Part shown: one piece after another, positions 34,301 to 49,300 of the stretch
Position numbering within the stretch: position 1 is the stretch's first letter
Layout: each line of letters opens with the position of its first letter
NCBI RefSeq assembly: GCF_004010195.1
Contig: NC_057732.1
Span: 41,024,256-41,088,255, forward strand
DNA from: Chiloscyllium plagiosum
Lineage: Eukaryota
Length of the DNA: 64,000 bases
Direction of reading: 5' to 3'
Made by a program: the position numbers and the translations under genes
The notes under the pieces: generated by a model
Databases searched by the model: none
What the model saw: only the letters and a program-made list of their open reading frames with translations
Told to the model about the DNA's origin: nothing

Positions 34301-37300
34301 TGGGCATAATGACTGAATGACATCTTTCTCTGCCCCAGCCCCCTCCCATGTATCTCTCTGCATGGGAGGCTCCCAGCCTCATTCCTGATGAAGGGCTTTT
34401 GCTTGAAATGTCGATTTTTCTTGTTTCTCGGATGCTGCCTGACCTGCTGTGCTTTTCCAGCACCACTCTAATCTTGACGTCCTTCCCTGCTGTCATTTCA
34501 ATGATCGTGTCAGAAAGTAAGAATGACCAGTCCTGAATTTAACAGAGTAACCTGGATGCAGAATAAAGCAATGAACTGCAGCAAAGAACAGCAAATGCTG
34601 GAGATCTGAAACACAAATAGAAAGTGCTGGAGAAACTCATAGGTCTGGCAACATTTGTGGAGAGGTAAGCAAAGTTAACATTTTGAGTCCAGTGCTGTTC
34701 ATCAGAACCATATTAAGATCAGGCCTGTGGCTGTTAATGGTTCTTGTAGCACATTTGGTCTCTTTAAAATGAACCCCTCCTCTCATTATCATGCCAATTT
34801 TTCAGGAACAGCAAATTCCCTTGGTGTGGTATTGTTTCTTAATGAAATAGCAAATGTTCTGGCTTTTGCCTTGCAACCAATGCTGCACTTTGTTCCTTTG
34901 CTAGAAAATCCATTTAAGTAGTTGTTTGTCACATTCAGTCTGCTCTTTGTATCTAGAATTCCAGTGCATTTTCATGGCAACATAATCTGTGTAGTCTGCT
35001 GGATTCTATGCCCGGATATAAAGGTGCATACAACTTACATTTCTAAAGTGTATTGTTGAAACCAACTCAGAATGCAAGTATCATATTTTATAGTAAATAG
35101 GCAGTCACTGAGTGTAGCCCTAAACATGGACTTTGCAGAAAAATCGGGTTGTGCTTTAGCTTATTAGATTTATCCACCGTGATATATGGAATGTTCACAA
35201 TCGATTGTGATGAACCAGGGCTTTTATTTGGTCTAGCTGACACACTTTTCTTGAGTCATTCAATTTGACTTGAATCCTGCAATCGCATGAGGATTATGTT
35301 GTTGTTTTAAAGTTTGTTAGCTTGATTGGTGTTTTTTTTGTATTCTGGAAAAGGCTTTGACATTAGTAATTGGACCGGTGAAATTAGTTATTAACTCATT
35401 GACAGCATTAAACTCATTACTTGTTTAAAAAGGTTTTCTTTCTTCAGGGATTTTCCAGGATGTGGAAACCTTGTGACATTTGGACAGTTCCTGTTCATAG
35501 CATTGGAAGGTTTAATCTTTCAAGCTCACTTTTTCACAAAGCCTCGGGCAATCCCTTTAAGGTAAGGAGAAATTCTGCTGTTTAACGAGTTAACCATTGG
35601 TCTGTGTAAACCTGCCTCGGCTGTAGTTCAGCAGAATCTATCTTGGAATGTTCCTCTTAGTTTCAAATCGTCTCAGACATCTTGGTGTTCCTCTGTTTCT
35701 GGCCTCTTGTGCAACACCAGTTTTAATTGATCTCACCACTGACAGTTTTCAGCAGTGTAAATCAAAATTAAAACATAAAATCATAGAGATGTACAGCATG
35801 GAGACAGACCCTTCGGTCCAACCCGTCCATGCCGACCAGATATACCTATCTAATCTAGTCTCATTTGTCAGCATTTGGCCATATCCCTATAAACCCTTGC
35901 TACTCATACCCATCCAGATGCCTTTTAAATGTTGCAATTGTACCAGCCTCCACCACTTGCTCTGGCAGCTCATTCCATACACTCACCACCCTCTGCATGA
36001 AAGAGTTGCCCTTTAGGTCTCTTCTGTATCTTTCCCCTCTCACCCTAACCTATGCTCTAGTTGTGGACTCACCCATCCCAGGAAAAAGACTTTGTCTATT
36101 TATTCTATCCATGCCCCTCATGATTTTATAAACCTCTATAAGGGCGCCCCTCAGCCTCCGATGGTCCAGGAAAAACAGTCCCAGTCTATTCAGCCTCTCC
36201 CTATAGCTCAAACCCTCCTGGCAACATCCTTGTAAATCTTTTCTGAACCCTTTCAAGATTCACAAAAAGTGAACAAGATAGGAAAGAGACCAGAATTGCA
36301 TGCAATATTCCAAAAGTGGCTGAACCAACGTCTTGTTTCTCTTTTGTTGTTTCTATACTTCAGAATTTTTAAAAAGGGTTTTTCTCTTTTAATTCCATTT
36401 GAATGTTTGTGGGTGTAGTTTCCCTCTGTAGTCTTTTGTGAGACAATCCTGCAGATTAACCTCTCTCACTTCCTACTTTTTTTTATTCTCTCAGGAACTA
36501 TTTCATCATGGTCACCATGTTTTTCATCGTAAGTGTGGTTAATAATTATGCCCTCAACTTCAACATTCCAATGCCTTTGCACATGATCTTCAGATCAGTA
36601 AGTGACATGCGCACACTGAATTTCTATTTCATTTATGCGGAAACTAAAATTTATTACAGTGTAAAAGCCATGTGTTGTAGGACTGTACGTGTATAATTTA
36701 CCAAAGTGAATGTAACAAATGAATGAGATAATTTTACCCATGAAGCTCATTCCTCCTGTTGATCCTTATACCTTGGCATCTGGATGGTCTTCATCTGAAT
36801 ACTTTTTACACTGAATAGAATAGAATCCCTATGGTGTAGAAACAGGCCCTTCAGCCCAACAAGAGTAACCCACCCAGACACATTCCCCTACCCTATTATC
36901 CTATATATACCTCTAACCAATTCACCTAACCTACACATCCCTGAACACTATGGGCAATTTAGCAAGGCCAATTCACCTGACCTGCACATCTTTGGATTGT
37001 GGGAGGAAACCAGAGCAACTGGACAAAACTCCACTCAGACAGTTGCCCGGGGCTGGAGTCAAACTCGAGTCCCTGGTGCTGTGAGGCAGCAGTGCTAACC
37101 ACTGCGCCACCGTGCTGCCCTGTGAACAAACTGAAGGTTTGTACTATTTCAGTATGATATCCTGTTGAGCTCAATAGTCAAGAGCTCTGTTTTACAGTTC
37201 AGGAATATTACACAACCCTGAGCAACTTAATTCCCTAAATGATGTCCCTGTGATTTCACTGTGACTGACCAAATACGTTTCCATCCGCTCACTGATCTCA

Positions 37301-40300
37301 TCTTGTACTTTTCAGTTCTGATCTCACTCATGTATTTTAATTTACTCTCCACAAAAACTGTGGCACAGCACAGTGACTCAGTGGTTAGCATTGCTGCCTC
37401 ACAAAGCCAGGGACCTGAGTTTGATTCTATCCTTGGGCAACTGTGTGGAGTTTGCACATTCTCCTCATGTTTGCGTGGGTTTCCTCTTCGTGCTCCGGTT
37501 TCCTCCCACAGTCCAATGATATGCAGGTTAGATGGACCTGCTTGTTAAATTGGCCATAGTGTCCAGGGATGTGCAGGCTAAATGGATTAGCCATGGGAAT
37601 GCAGGGTTACAGGGATAGAATAGGTGGGATGCTGTTCGGAAGGGCAGTGCAGACTTGATGGATTGACAGGCCTGCTTCTGCAATGTAGGAATTCTAGCAT
37701 TTTCTGAAAGAAGCACCTCCTCCCTATATATGGTAGTTTCACAGACACCGCTGAATGCTTGGGATGTAGTTCCCAAACTACAAGCTGATAATTAGTCTGA
37801 TAATTCCCACAATTGCCTACATGGAAGAAAGTGTGGGTGAAGATACTAAAACAAAAAGAGGTGCGTAGTTGGAGAACAAGATCATTTATGTGCAAATGAT
37901 GAAGGTTATGAAGCCTCTAATTACTATAAATGGCCTACGCAAATAATGTGTTGAAGAGCCAAATGGCCTATGACATCATTCCTTAACCCCATTAGTCAAT
38001 GGCATTTATTTAGTGCATGCTTCTAGAATTGAAAGAGGAATTGTATTTATTGAGTTTGCATAATGTCATTTTTTTTGTTTTCCAGGGCTCTCTGATAGCC
38101 AGCATGGTATTGGGAATTATAGTTTTAAAGAAAAGGTCAGTCATTAATGCTATGTCTGTTATTGATCTGTATTTTGATCAGGTTGACATTAACCACAAGG
38201 CTGTAGGTCAAAGCAGGTGAATTGGATTGGAATAGATTGATGGCAGAGCAGCCCTTGATAATAACTAAAATTGGAAAGCTCTTGAAACTGTTGCAGTGAA
38301 ATGGGAATAAGAAGAAAACGAGACTGTCAGTACAATGCTCAGTTAAAGAAAAGTAGGAAGAGAAGAAAGGCTGACATTAATACAACAACCTTCAGGACCA
38401 TGGAATTCCCTAAAGTATTGTATTCTACAATAAGTGACGTAATCTTGAAGTAATATTGCTTGTTTGATGTGAGGACTCCTGATACCCAATTGTATTCTAT
38501 AGGGAATGATAAACAGCAAAATGTTTTAGCAGTTGACGGATGTTTGGATACTAGTGTTCTCCAAGGAAGGAAACCTACAGTTTTTAGACATCTCAACTAT
38601 ATGTGACTCCAGTTCCACACCAATACAGTCACTCTTAATTGCACTCTAAGTGGCATAAAAGACATTTACTTGGATCCAACAGTTAGATGCAAACGAAGAG
38701 TTTTAAATTTGAGGTAGCTAGTTTTTCTTTTATTAAATAAAGGTAATAAGGAATATGAGCCAAAGGCAAGTAGAGATGGTTAGATCAGATCAGCCATGAT
38801 CTCATTGAATGACAGAATAGGCTTGAGGGACTGAATGACCTACTCTATCCTGTGTTAAATATGAAACAAGATTTTGTGTTTTTCCCTCCCCAGATACACC
38901 ATTGCGAAGTACATTTCAGTGGCTCTGGTTTCTTTGGGAATTTTTATCTGTACATTCATGTCTGCAAAACAAGTGGTAAGACAAAAGTCTATCTATATAA
39001 CCTTTTGCATAACATGACTATTACTGAAAAATGGCAGACTTTGGTAATGCTTTTCATCTTGCACTCATTAGTGCAATTCACATGAATGCTAATTAAGGGA
39101 AGCTCAGATTTATACTATGTGAGGGGAAAATACTGATTTGTGAGCAAGTGGACTCTGGATGTTGCCATAGGTGATGCACCAATTAGAGATAAGTGAGAGC
39201 TAACTGCCAAGCTTTGCTTAAATTTTAAACCAGGCAGATTGATTCTAATTGGTTAAGGCATTTTCCTGAGAAATAAAATAAAGCAAGACTGGCATCCATC
39301 TTGTTGAGTTGAAACAAACGCAGTGTGCGTGCATGCTCTTCCTGCCTATTAATAGCAGAACCCTGTGTTTTAATATGTAAAATTTCAAGTACACTGCAAG
39401 CCAATTGACAAATCTAAATCAATTGTTGGCATAATTGTTTGCGTACTCAGGGTTATCCAACTAATGTTGTCCAATTGTAGAATCATACCTAATGTTGGAG
39501 ACTATGTTGCAGGTTTTGCCAATCCAAGGTAGAATGGCTGTTCTACTGTTTATCTGAAATTTGCTGCCTGAAAGGATGATGATGGAAGCATATCCAACTT
39601 TTGAAAGAGAGTTGTGTATTAACAATAACAGTCGACTATTTATAAAGCACCTATGACATGGTTTTAACAAATCTAACAGTTTTTCACAGGAGCACTATCA
39701 ACTGCATGAAAGGTAATGAGAAAAAGTAGAGGGGATCTAATTGGGTAACTCTTTCAAAGGATCATAACAAGCATGATGGACTGAATAGTCTCATTCAATA
39801 CTGAAAGATTCTACAACATAGAAAAAGTGATGCTTTGAGTGATTTGATATAGCCGTGTAATTTACTACCAAGTGCTGGTTAGGCATTATTTCATGTGATT
39901 GTTGTCTAAGGTCCTAGTTATGTAGATGCATTCTTTACACACCTTAACAAGGAGCTATGAATCCCGTCAGCAACAGTATTGTAGAGGAGGTCAATATGAT
40001 GTGTTTAAGATTTTTGTGTTCTGCATTTGAAATTGCGTACATCTGTTGCCCTGCATTTTCAACATTTGCAAGAAGTCATTCTCTGTTCCATATTATGTGT
40101 CAATCACTATTATACACTATTACCCTTGGCCCTGAATCAACAGAATCTGTTGCCTTATTAATCCTCACACACACGCTCCTCCGAAAACTGCCCAATTCAT
40201 CTACCTTTCCTATGCATTCTACTTTTTTTCCTTTAGAAGGATCAGTCATTCCATTAACTTTGGGAATGTCTGTGTATATGCTTGAAATTCAAGAAATGTT

Positions 40301-43300
40301 GGTTTGGATTTAAAGTAAAAACTAAATAGTTTGCTTTTTACAGCTACTTGTCAACTGTCTACTAACTACTGAGTACTTGAACAGGAAGGGCTTATCTGGA
40401 AAACATAAACTACAGGATAGATTGCCATCATCCACCATGTCACCCCTGAAGTTTTATAGTTTATACACATCCATTGATCTTTAATTTGAACATGCTGATG
40501 CTCTTTGCACCTTACCTGGACAGTTTGATTCAAAAATTTACTACTGACTAATTAGACTAAGCTTTCAACCTTCCCTGTTTTCTGTTCTAGTTTATTCCTT
40601 GCACCCCACATCCTCTTATACAATTTGTGTACTGCTGTGCAACCAAGACAGTAGCCAGCAATTACAGAATGACTCCTCAACTACACTCCCCCCACCCCAC
40701 CCCACCCCCCAAATAAGTCCTTATCAGTTTTTCCTTTCTAGAATTGGGCAGAGAGCATTGTGAGTGACTGGTCCATAAGCACCAGTTTACTCCATCTTCT
40801 GACCCTTTTGTGTTCTGAACCTGTGTAAACATGTTCCAGTTTAAGTTATTGGATAGCAGTGAGGCAAATGGTCACAGAATTTACTGGACAACCTTTAGCT
40901 GCCACAACCTGACCCTGCGTAAGCCACAGGCCTGAGGCTAATCACAGCATCCCAAAGAACTCTGCAAAATTAATGAACTGTATACTCCTTTTGGTTTCTG
41001 TCGCCTGGAATCACATGGTACAAATCCTGGGCTGCAGCCCCATCAACAACAATAATCCTCTGGCACCTGAACAAAGTGTTACTCTTTACATGTAAGATTA
41101 CAACATTGACAGTCTGCTCAACCAAGGGGCCATTGGGAAACATTGATAGTTGGGTGAGCCACTTCTGATCATTAAGATTCAGACTCTTATTTTGTGTAGC
41201 ACCTTTCACCTGCCTTGCCATTGTTAATTCTCTTTTGTGTTCCAGTCTTCGCATACAAGTGCATCTGCTGAAGAGAGTTACTATGTATTAATACAGTGGC
41301 TGATAGGTAAGGCAATACATTTTGGTTGATGTCTGTTTTAATTACACACGTAGATTAAGGGAAATCTCCCTAAATGTGTGATGGAGGCATTGCCAAGAGG
41401 GTTGGATGAAGTAAGGTGGAGTATGAACACCACCATAATTCTCATAGCCGGTCTATGTGCTTTAAACAAAATGCCAGAAATTCTGTAACTTTGCATGACA
41501 TTTGATTTACTAAGAAATGTACTTCTGGGACTTCTGTGCATCTACAAGATTTGGGTTTATCTCCTCATAGTGTTGGTTCAGTATGGACCACAGGATTAGA
41601 GATGGGGTAAAATGGGTCGTTGTTTCTGCTGTTGATCATTGTCCAGTTAAACCCACCCAACCTGAATAGAAAGTGCTCAGATGTGAATGCTGAACATGGA
41701 TCACCCCAAAAATGTTTAATTAGTCCAATCAGCTGCCAATACCACCTCACTTTCAATACATAAAACAATAAAAGCTCTTTGGGCATGGGCCAGAGAACTG
41801 TTAACCCAGACCACACAGTAAAATTCTGACCAAAATTATAACTTGGCCATTTTTTTTATCCACTGGTCTTCTAGATGCTAAGATAAAACCTGACATAGTA
41901 AAAGAAGACTTAACCTTCTTATTAAGAATTAACAATACTTTTATTTTGTCCCATTCAGTCATAAAGAGTAAGACTATCTGTCCAACGTATACTGATTGTT
42001 CCTCAAATGATCAGCTGCTTTCCAAATTGCTTATTTTATATTTAGTTGAATTGGGGTTTACTTATTTTGATTAGCTCGACTCATCCATTGTTAGTTTCTT
42101 TCAATTTTATTCCTCATAGTTGATTCAGTCAACAACTTATATTTATGTCACATTGAACATATTAAAATATGGTACTGCTCCTGTGATGCATCTACGAGAT
42201 ATAAACTTGGTCCCAAGCCACTCAAGGAGGCATGAGGACAGACACCAAAAGCATTGGTCAAAGTGGGAGGTTGTAAGGAATACCTGAAAGATGAAGAGAG
42301 TGGTAAAGAGGTTTGTTGTTTGGGCTTAAGCAACTGAAGTCACATTCAAACTCAACATTCTGACATTGGATTTATTTTTAAAATTTCTTTCTTGCTGTTT
42401 TCACTTCTCGTGCCAAGTCAAATTATGTTTTGAACAAGAGACTTAACTGTGTGCATCTTCACTTCTGCCAGAGTCTCTGGGACAGACTGGAAATGGTATC
42501 ATGCGAGGACAGTGATTATTGCTGCAGGTCTGACTTCACCTTCAGACCACAGACTCTGAAAATGTAACAGCTGCACTGGAGTAGATGTCAGACAATAGCC
42601 TTGTTTTTTTCATGACAGAACTCTACTAGACGAGAGAGAAAGGGCACAGGTCTCCCAGAAGATGACAGGCAATCCATGTGGGACATGTGGTGCATGGTTT
42701 GTACCATGTGTTATAGACACTAATGCTATAAGCAGGTAATTTATTTTAAAAGAGAAAATTACAGACTGAAAGGAACTAAGCAGATGCTAGGGGACAGAGG
42801 AGGAAAGTTCAGAGTGACAACTTTTCTATAATGGGACCATGCTTTGAAAAGACAGCATAAGTAACAAATCTGTTTGAATCATGTGACTGATATGTCTTAC
42901 AATAGAACTGATGGGCCTAAACAAGTGGGAATGTTTGTATACTTTGGGAGGGTTAATGTAGACTGAAGTTGTCAAAAAAACCCATCAAAAGCATTGAACT
43001 GCTTCAGTGTTTGGAGGAATAAGCAAGATATTGAAGGCTGAAGATATTTTAATAAGTGCAAAGATGAGTGTTTTTCAGGCAATGGTTATCCCATTTTTAT
43101 ATGGACCTGTGAAAGGTTGATGAGCAAAAGATCTCAAGAATACATTTGAGTGGATTGAGGGGCTACTCTTGAGTATCCACATGTAAAGAACCAAGAATGA
43201 GAAAATGAGAATATGCCTTTGAAATAACATAGATTCTTGTACAAAAATCTCAAGAAAGAAAACTGTAATTGCTTGGACACAGCTCTGAATGGAAAGAATA

Positions 43301-46300
43301 ATAACTTTAATGTCCTGCTATATGAGATACGTAGAGCAAGAAGGAGAGGAAGATCAAGATGGAAATGTCAAGACTCATTTGTAACAGTATAGTCTATAGA
43401 TAATTGAAGTATCCAGGCTCATAGTGAACTGAGAGCAATGGAATAAATTCATTCACATCTATTACCACTGTTGAGCTGACATTTGCCATTTGTTTTTTAC
43501 ATGATAGTTTGAATGGATCATCCATGTTGGATTGAATCTTTCTAAGAGAACATTGAGAATTGGCTTCACAGTTAGGACTATCAAAAGATCTCGACTGCCT
43601 GAACTGGAGCACAGGGGCATTCATAGTTTTAACTTTACGATGCATTTTTAAAAACTTGTGTTGTTTTACTTCAGTTCTGCTGTAAAATATGCCAACCGTG
43701 TTTTGAGGACCTGTTGAATTCTTTTTAGAAGGTTTTGATATGAATTCTGGAGAATATGTGTTTTTTGCCCACTGAGACCAAGTTACTGATTAAATATAGT
43801 GTAAAAGTTTTTTTGGCCTGTACTCTGTCCCGATAAGATGCCCGTAGAAGTGTACCCAATACAACTGCCATTTTCATTTCTGATACCAACCACCCTCATG
43901 ACATTTTAACGTGATGGATGCCCCCAGTTGTTCATTGTAAAAATGCATTGAATCTGGTAAATCAAGTAGGTCATAGGTTTGAGATATGCATTGAATTGTG
44001 TTGGTTGCTGTTGACTGCAGCAGTAATGAAGCATATTGATTGGCCCCACAGTGTCTGACCACCAGGTAGGGTTATTCTTTTTTTTATTGATATCTGTCTG
44101 GGAGTATGCATATTAGGAACACAAGACTGAGACTGTAATGAGAACTATAACACTTAAGCTCATCCAATATTCCGCAGCGGATGTCTTTACATGCATGATG
44201 TGTCATTCACCCATCACCCTGTGGATCTGATTATACAATGCCTCAATTTTAAAATTCTTATTCTTGTTTACAGATCTCTCAATGGCTTCAACCCTTCTTA
44301 TCTCCGTAACATTCTACAAACCTCTGACATCCACACACTTTCAATTCTGTCCTCTTGCAAATTCCCTGATTTTAATCAATCTACCATTGGCAATATTGTG
44401 CTTTCAGCTCCCAAGGTCATAACTATGGAATTCCGTTCCCTTGACAACTCAGTGGGTCAGTGATTAGCGCTGTTGCCTCGGGTTCCTGCCTCTGGTAACT
44501 GTCTATATCGAGTTTGCATGTTCTCCCTGTGTCTGCATGGGTTTCCTCCAGATACTCTGGTTTTCCCCCATAGTCCAAAGATGTGCAGGCTAGGTGGATT
44601 AGCCTTGTGAAATGCAAGGTTGCAAGGATAGAGTAGAGGAGTGGATCTGGATGGGATGCTCTTTGGCGGGTTGGTGTGGACCCGATGGGCAGAATGGCCT
44701 GCTTGAACACTGTAGGAATTCTGTGATTCCTAACTTTTTTTTTCCTTTCTACCCATTTCCTTATTTAAGGCAATTCTTATGACCTACCTCCAGAATCAAG
44801 TTAGTGGCTGTCTGACAGATCATTTCCTTGTATGACTTGCTGTGGAAATTCTGTTTGATAACAATCCTGTAACTTGTTATAGGACATTTTGCTATGCCAG
44901 AGGTGCTATGTAAGTGCAACTTGTTTATCCAATTATGCACCTCCCAACAAGCTCCTGAGTTGATTTTCCAGAAAATGGAATGACCATTTGGCAAAGTCCT
45001 GAAGGGGTAGCCACTGCCAAGGAAACCAATGGCTTCAGATGCAGGGAGAGAATGATTGATGTTCGGTTGGGTTGAAGTAGAAAAAAAAGCTCATGCATAT
45101 CATGAAGGCAGAAGCTTAAACATCCCATTGTAATTTAAGACAGCATTTTCACATAGATACTCACCAGATCAAGAATTGTCCAAGGATTTGGGATTTCAAA
45201 ACATTTCTTAGTGACTGTCTCCATTCAAGTATGTTAAAAGTGTTTAACGACACTGTTACATTGGTCATCTGTTCATGGTATATCTCTTGTGGGCATATTA
45301 AATGTCTCTTTAAATCATTAAAACATTAATGATTTTTTTTTATTCTCCAGGTATTTTAATGCTGACTTTTGCACTCTTCATGTCAGCTAGAATGGGGCTT
45401 TTTCAAGAGACATTATATAAGCAGTATGGCAAACACTCGACGGAGGCATTGTTTTATAATGTGAGTAATGATTTCTTACTAATGATAACTTGCTTCTGAC
45501 ATAGCAAATATTGAGATGATGTTCCCTGTGCTGTGCAGCGATGTATTGCAAGTTCTTTATTATTCAGGGCAAGTTAAGAATTACTGGAATTAGAGGCTGT
45601 AAATGTGGCCAATGTTAGTTTTTTTATAAGATGATTCATTTTATATTACATTTTATTTCTTAGAATAATTCTAAGTTGCCACAGTAATGGACAAAGTGAA
45701 TGTTTAATTGTCCTTGGTTATCAAATTATTTAAATTCAATATTAACTAAAGATCCAGTGAAAAAGATCAATGATTCAAACCTAAATGACAGAAATGGAAT
45801 AGATAGACATCACCTATTAGATTTAAGTGAAACAGTATCATTGTGTTATCCACTGCTGTACAAGTCAAACTTAATACTGTTTCCATTACTAGAAGGTGTT
45901 TTCAGAGCCACCACATTTCTCATAGCAGCATATTTTGCAGCTTTCATTTCCCACTATACAAGGATATGACAAGGAATACAAGATAATGAGTGGAATAGAT
46001 GGAGTCAATAGCCAGAGACTTTTCCCCAGAGCAGGATTGACTGGTACGAGGAGTCATGGTTTTAAGATATTCGGAGAAAGTTATAGAGGAGACGTCAGAG
46101 GTAGGTTCTTTACGCAGAGAGTTGTGAATGCATGGAATGCGTTGCCAGCTGTGGTGGTGGAAGCAGAGTCACTGGGGACATTTAAGCGACTGCTGGACAT
46201 GCACATGGATAGCAGTGAGTTGAGGGGTGCGTCGGTTAAGTTACTATTTTTTACATTAGGATTAAACCTCGGCACAACATCGTGGGCCAAAGGGCCTGTT

Positions 46301-49300
46301 CTGTCCTGTACTTTTCTATGTTCTATGTGCTATGACAAATCCATGATAGCAAGACAGATTTTAAGTGAATTATGTTGCTATCAACTACTGAATTTTGGGT
46401 CATTCCAGTCATATCCGAGCTAATGCCTGAATCACTTTCCATTGTGTGTGAGGCCATCCATGGAGTGATCCTCTTGGATTGGCTGAGAATTTCTGTTAGA
46501 ATTAAGTGCAGCTCACTGCAACCCTTTTAGGACAGGTAGATCAGGTCTACTGGTACTAGGCAAAGTTTGGCCCCTCACATCCAATCAACTTAGATCTGAT
46601 TCTCAAGTATGTGTGATCATGTTGGACAGTGGAAAAGTAGAATGAAAAAGAGAGAAATCCTAATTACGTAATGTAGTTTGAAAGGCTTAAGTGATGAAGA
46701 TCCTTTTATTTAGCTTAATTATACAATGTGGAATTTTGGGACTGTGTCTGAAGCTTTATTTCTGCTACACAATGTTTTTATGTGTATGTTCTTTATGCGA
46801 CTGCCCTGGAACCTGTTGAGCTTACCTCTGAGTAAAAAGTTACAGGTTTCAATCATGTTCCAGAAGCTTGAGCACATAGTCCATACTGATACTTATGTCA
46901 ACTATAGTGCTGCACTAACAGAAGTGTCAGTATTTAGATGAGACATTAAACTGAGACTGCATCTACCTTCAGCTTATTGAGGTGCTCATTGTTACCTTTC
47001 TCTCCATTCAGCATTTCCTGCCATTACCAGCTTTCCTCTTATTTGCTTCTGACATTTACAATCATGGAGTTCTCTTCAACCAATCTGGTAAGTGCCATTT
47101 TTAAAAAGAAAATCTAGAATTCTTACAGTGCAGAAGCAGCCATTCAGCCCATCAAGTCTGCACTGACCCTCCAGACAGCATCCCACCAAGACCCATCTTC
47201 CCAACCATGCATTTCCCATGGCCAATCCACCTAATTTGCATATCTTTGGACTGTGGGAGGAAACTAGTCACCTGGAGGAAACTCACCAGACACTAGGAGC
47301 AAACCCCACACAGACAGAGCCCGAAGGCTGGAATTGAATCTAAGTCCTTGGCGCTGTGAGGCAGCAGCGCTAACCACTGAGCCACTGCTCCTCAAATGTT
47401 ATTGCACTTACATTTTATTTAGAAAACATATTACTATTGGACTGTAAATGACGTATATGAAATGGAGTGCTTATTCAACCAATGGAAAAGGCTACTTTGA
47501 TTAGAATAAGGTTTAAAGAGGTTTCCCTAGGTGCTATAAAGTTGAGGCACATGAAAGTAGGACTTATATTCCTGATCTGACCTGCATTGTAGGTGATTTG
47601 AGGTATTTGATCTGCAGGAATGTTGAAACGGGAGGCACCACTGAGGACATAGTTCTGATACCTGGGAGTGAATTACAGACAGTGTAAATTAATCAATTGA
47701 GTTGGTTTACGTATAACATAATTATGGAACCCTAGAAATGAGCTATAGACTGCAATTGAATGAAGAGTTTAATTTAGATCAGACACCCTTAAGAAATTTT
47801 ACACAGTTCTGATATACACAAAAAGGAGGAATTAGAGAGGGTTCAAAAAGATGAAGATCATGCTGGAACTGAGAAAGTACAACTATCAGGGAAGACTTAA
47901 CTGGTTGGACCACTTTTTATTTAGAAGAGACTGAGAAGAGGTCTTTAAAATTATGAAGGGATTTGACATATTGGACATAAAGAAAATGTTTCCACTTGTG
48001 TGCAGCATCCAGACCTAGAAGTCATACACCGTAGATATTTGCATATAAATTGACCTTTGAAATCTCTCTCCAAACTCTGTCCAAGACCAAGGTTTAACCT
48101 ATAAAACTGAGTATAAAATGAACCGCCAGGACAGCTCTAGGTGATTTTTAAATGTCACCTGCTTCCAACAAAAAGATCGGATACGTCTCCAACTCCACGA
48201 AAGTGAGGACTGCAGATGCTGGAGATCGGAGTCAAGAGTGTGGTGCTGGAAAAGTACAGTAGGTCATGCAGCATCTGAGGAGCAGGAGAATCGATGTTTT
48301 GGGCAAAAAGGGCTTTTGCCTGAAATGTTGACTTTCCTGCTCCTTGGATGCTGCCAGACCTGCTATGCATTTCCAGCACCGTACTCTCGGCTCCACCTCC
48401 ACCTGTATTGGCTGCTTCAATCCAAATGGCCAGTTATAAGGTACCGGTAAGTAAAAGATGGATTTGTGGGGTGTAAAATGGAGGCTATCTACTAATGTAA
48501 ATATAACTTGTTATGGCTGAAAAGCTGTTCAACTTTTATATCAAGCATATGCCAAAATATGTATGTTTGGACTGGAGAAATTGTGTCATTTTGTCTCCCA
48601 GGTCAATTCCTATACCACAATTTATAGTATACAGGATCTTTACTAAAACGTAATATAAGGAATTCAAGAGAAAACCATTTTTTGTAAAACTCAGAATGTG
48701 GTGCAAATGTGAAACGCATTCCGACCAGGGATAATTGACAGCGTAACATTAATGCATTTGAATTGAAGCTACATCAATGGATGAGGAAGAAAGAAATAGA
48801 AGGATATGTTGGCAGGGTGAGATGAAGCAGATTGGGAAGAGGTTGATTGCACAAAAATTCTGGCATTGATCTGTTGTGTTGAATAGTCTGTTCTGTCTGT
48901 AAAGTTGTGCATAATTCTGTGTGTTTACATTGTCACCTTGTATGTCATGTACTGTTAAAAACCTGATGTAATGTACGATGCTTTTTGTTTGCTATTTTGT
49001 TCCCACAGAACAGATGGAGATTGCACTCCTGGGAATCACTGTACCGATCATGTGGTTTTACCTGATACTCAATGTTCTAACTCAGTATCCTTTCCATTGT
49101 TGAGAATCGATTCTGATACATCTCTAACTATCTTCAATAAAAGGGAAGTATTTCCATTCCTGGGAATTGTGTTTGGAGTTGTATCTTCCCAATTTCTGCC
49201 TGCCTTTATTTGGAGTGAATAGTAGATTAGCCTGTGCCAAGTCTGTCATCTCAATATTATCCATAATACACAGCATATTACTCTGGCCAACGTAATGCCA

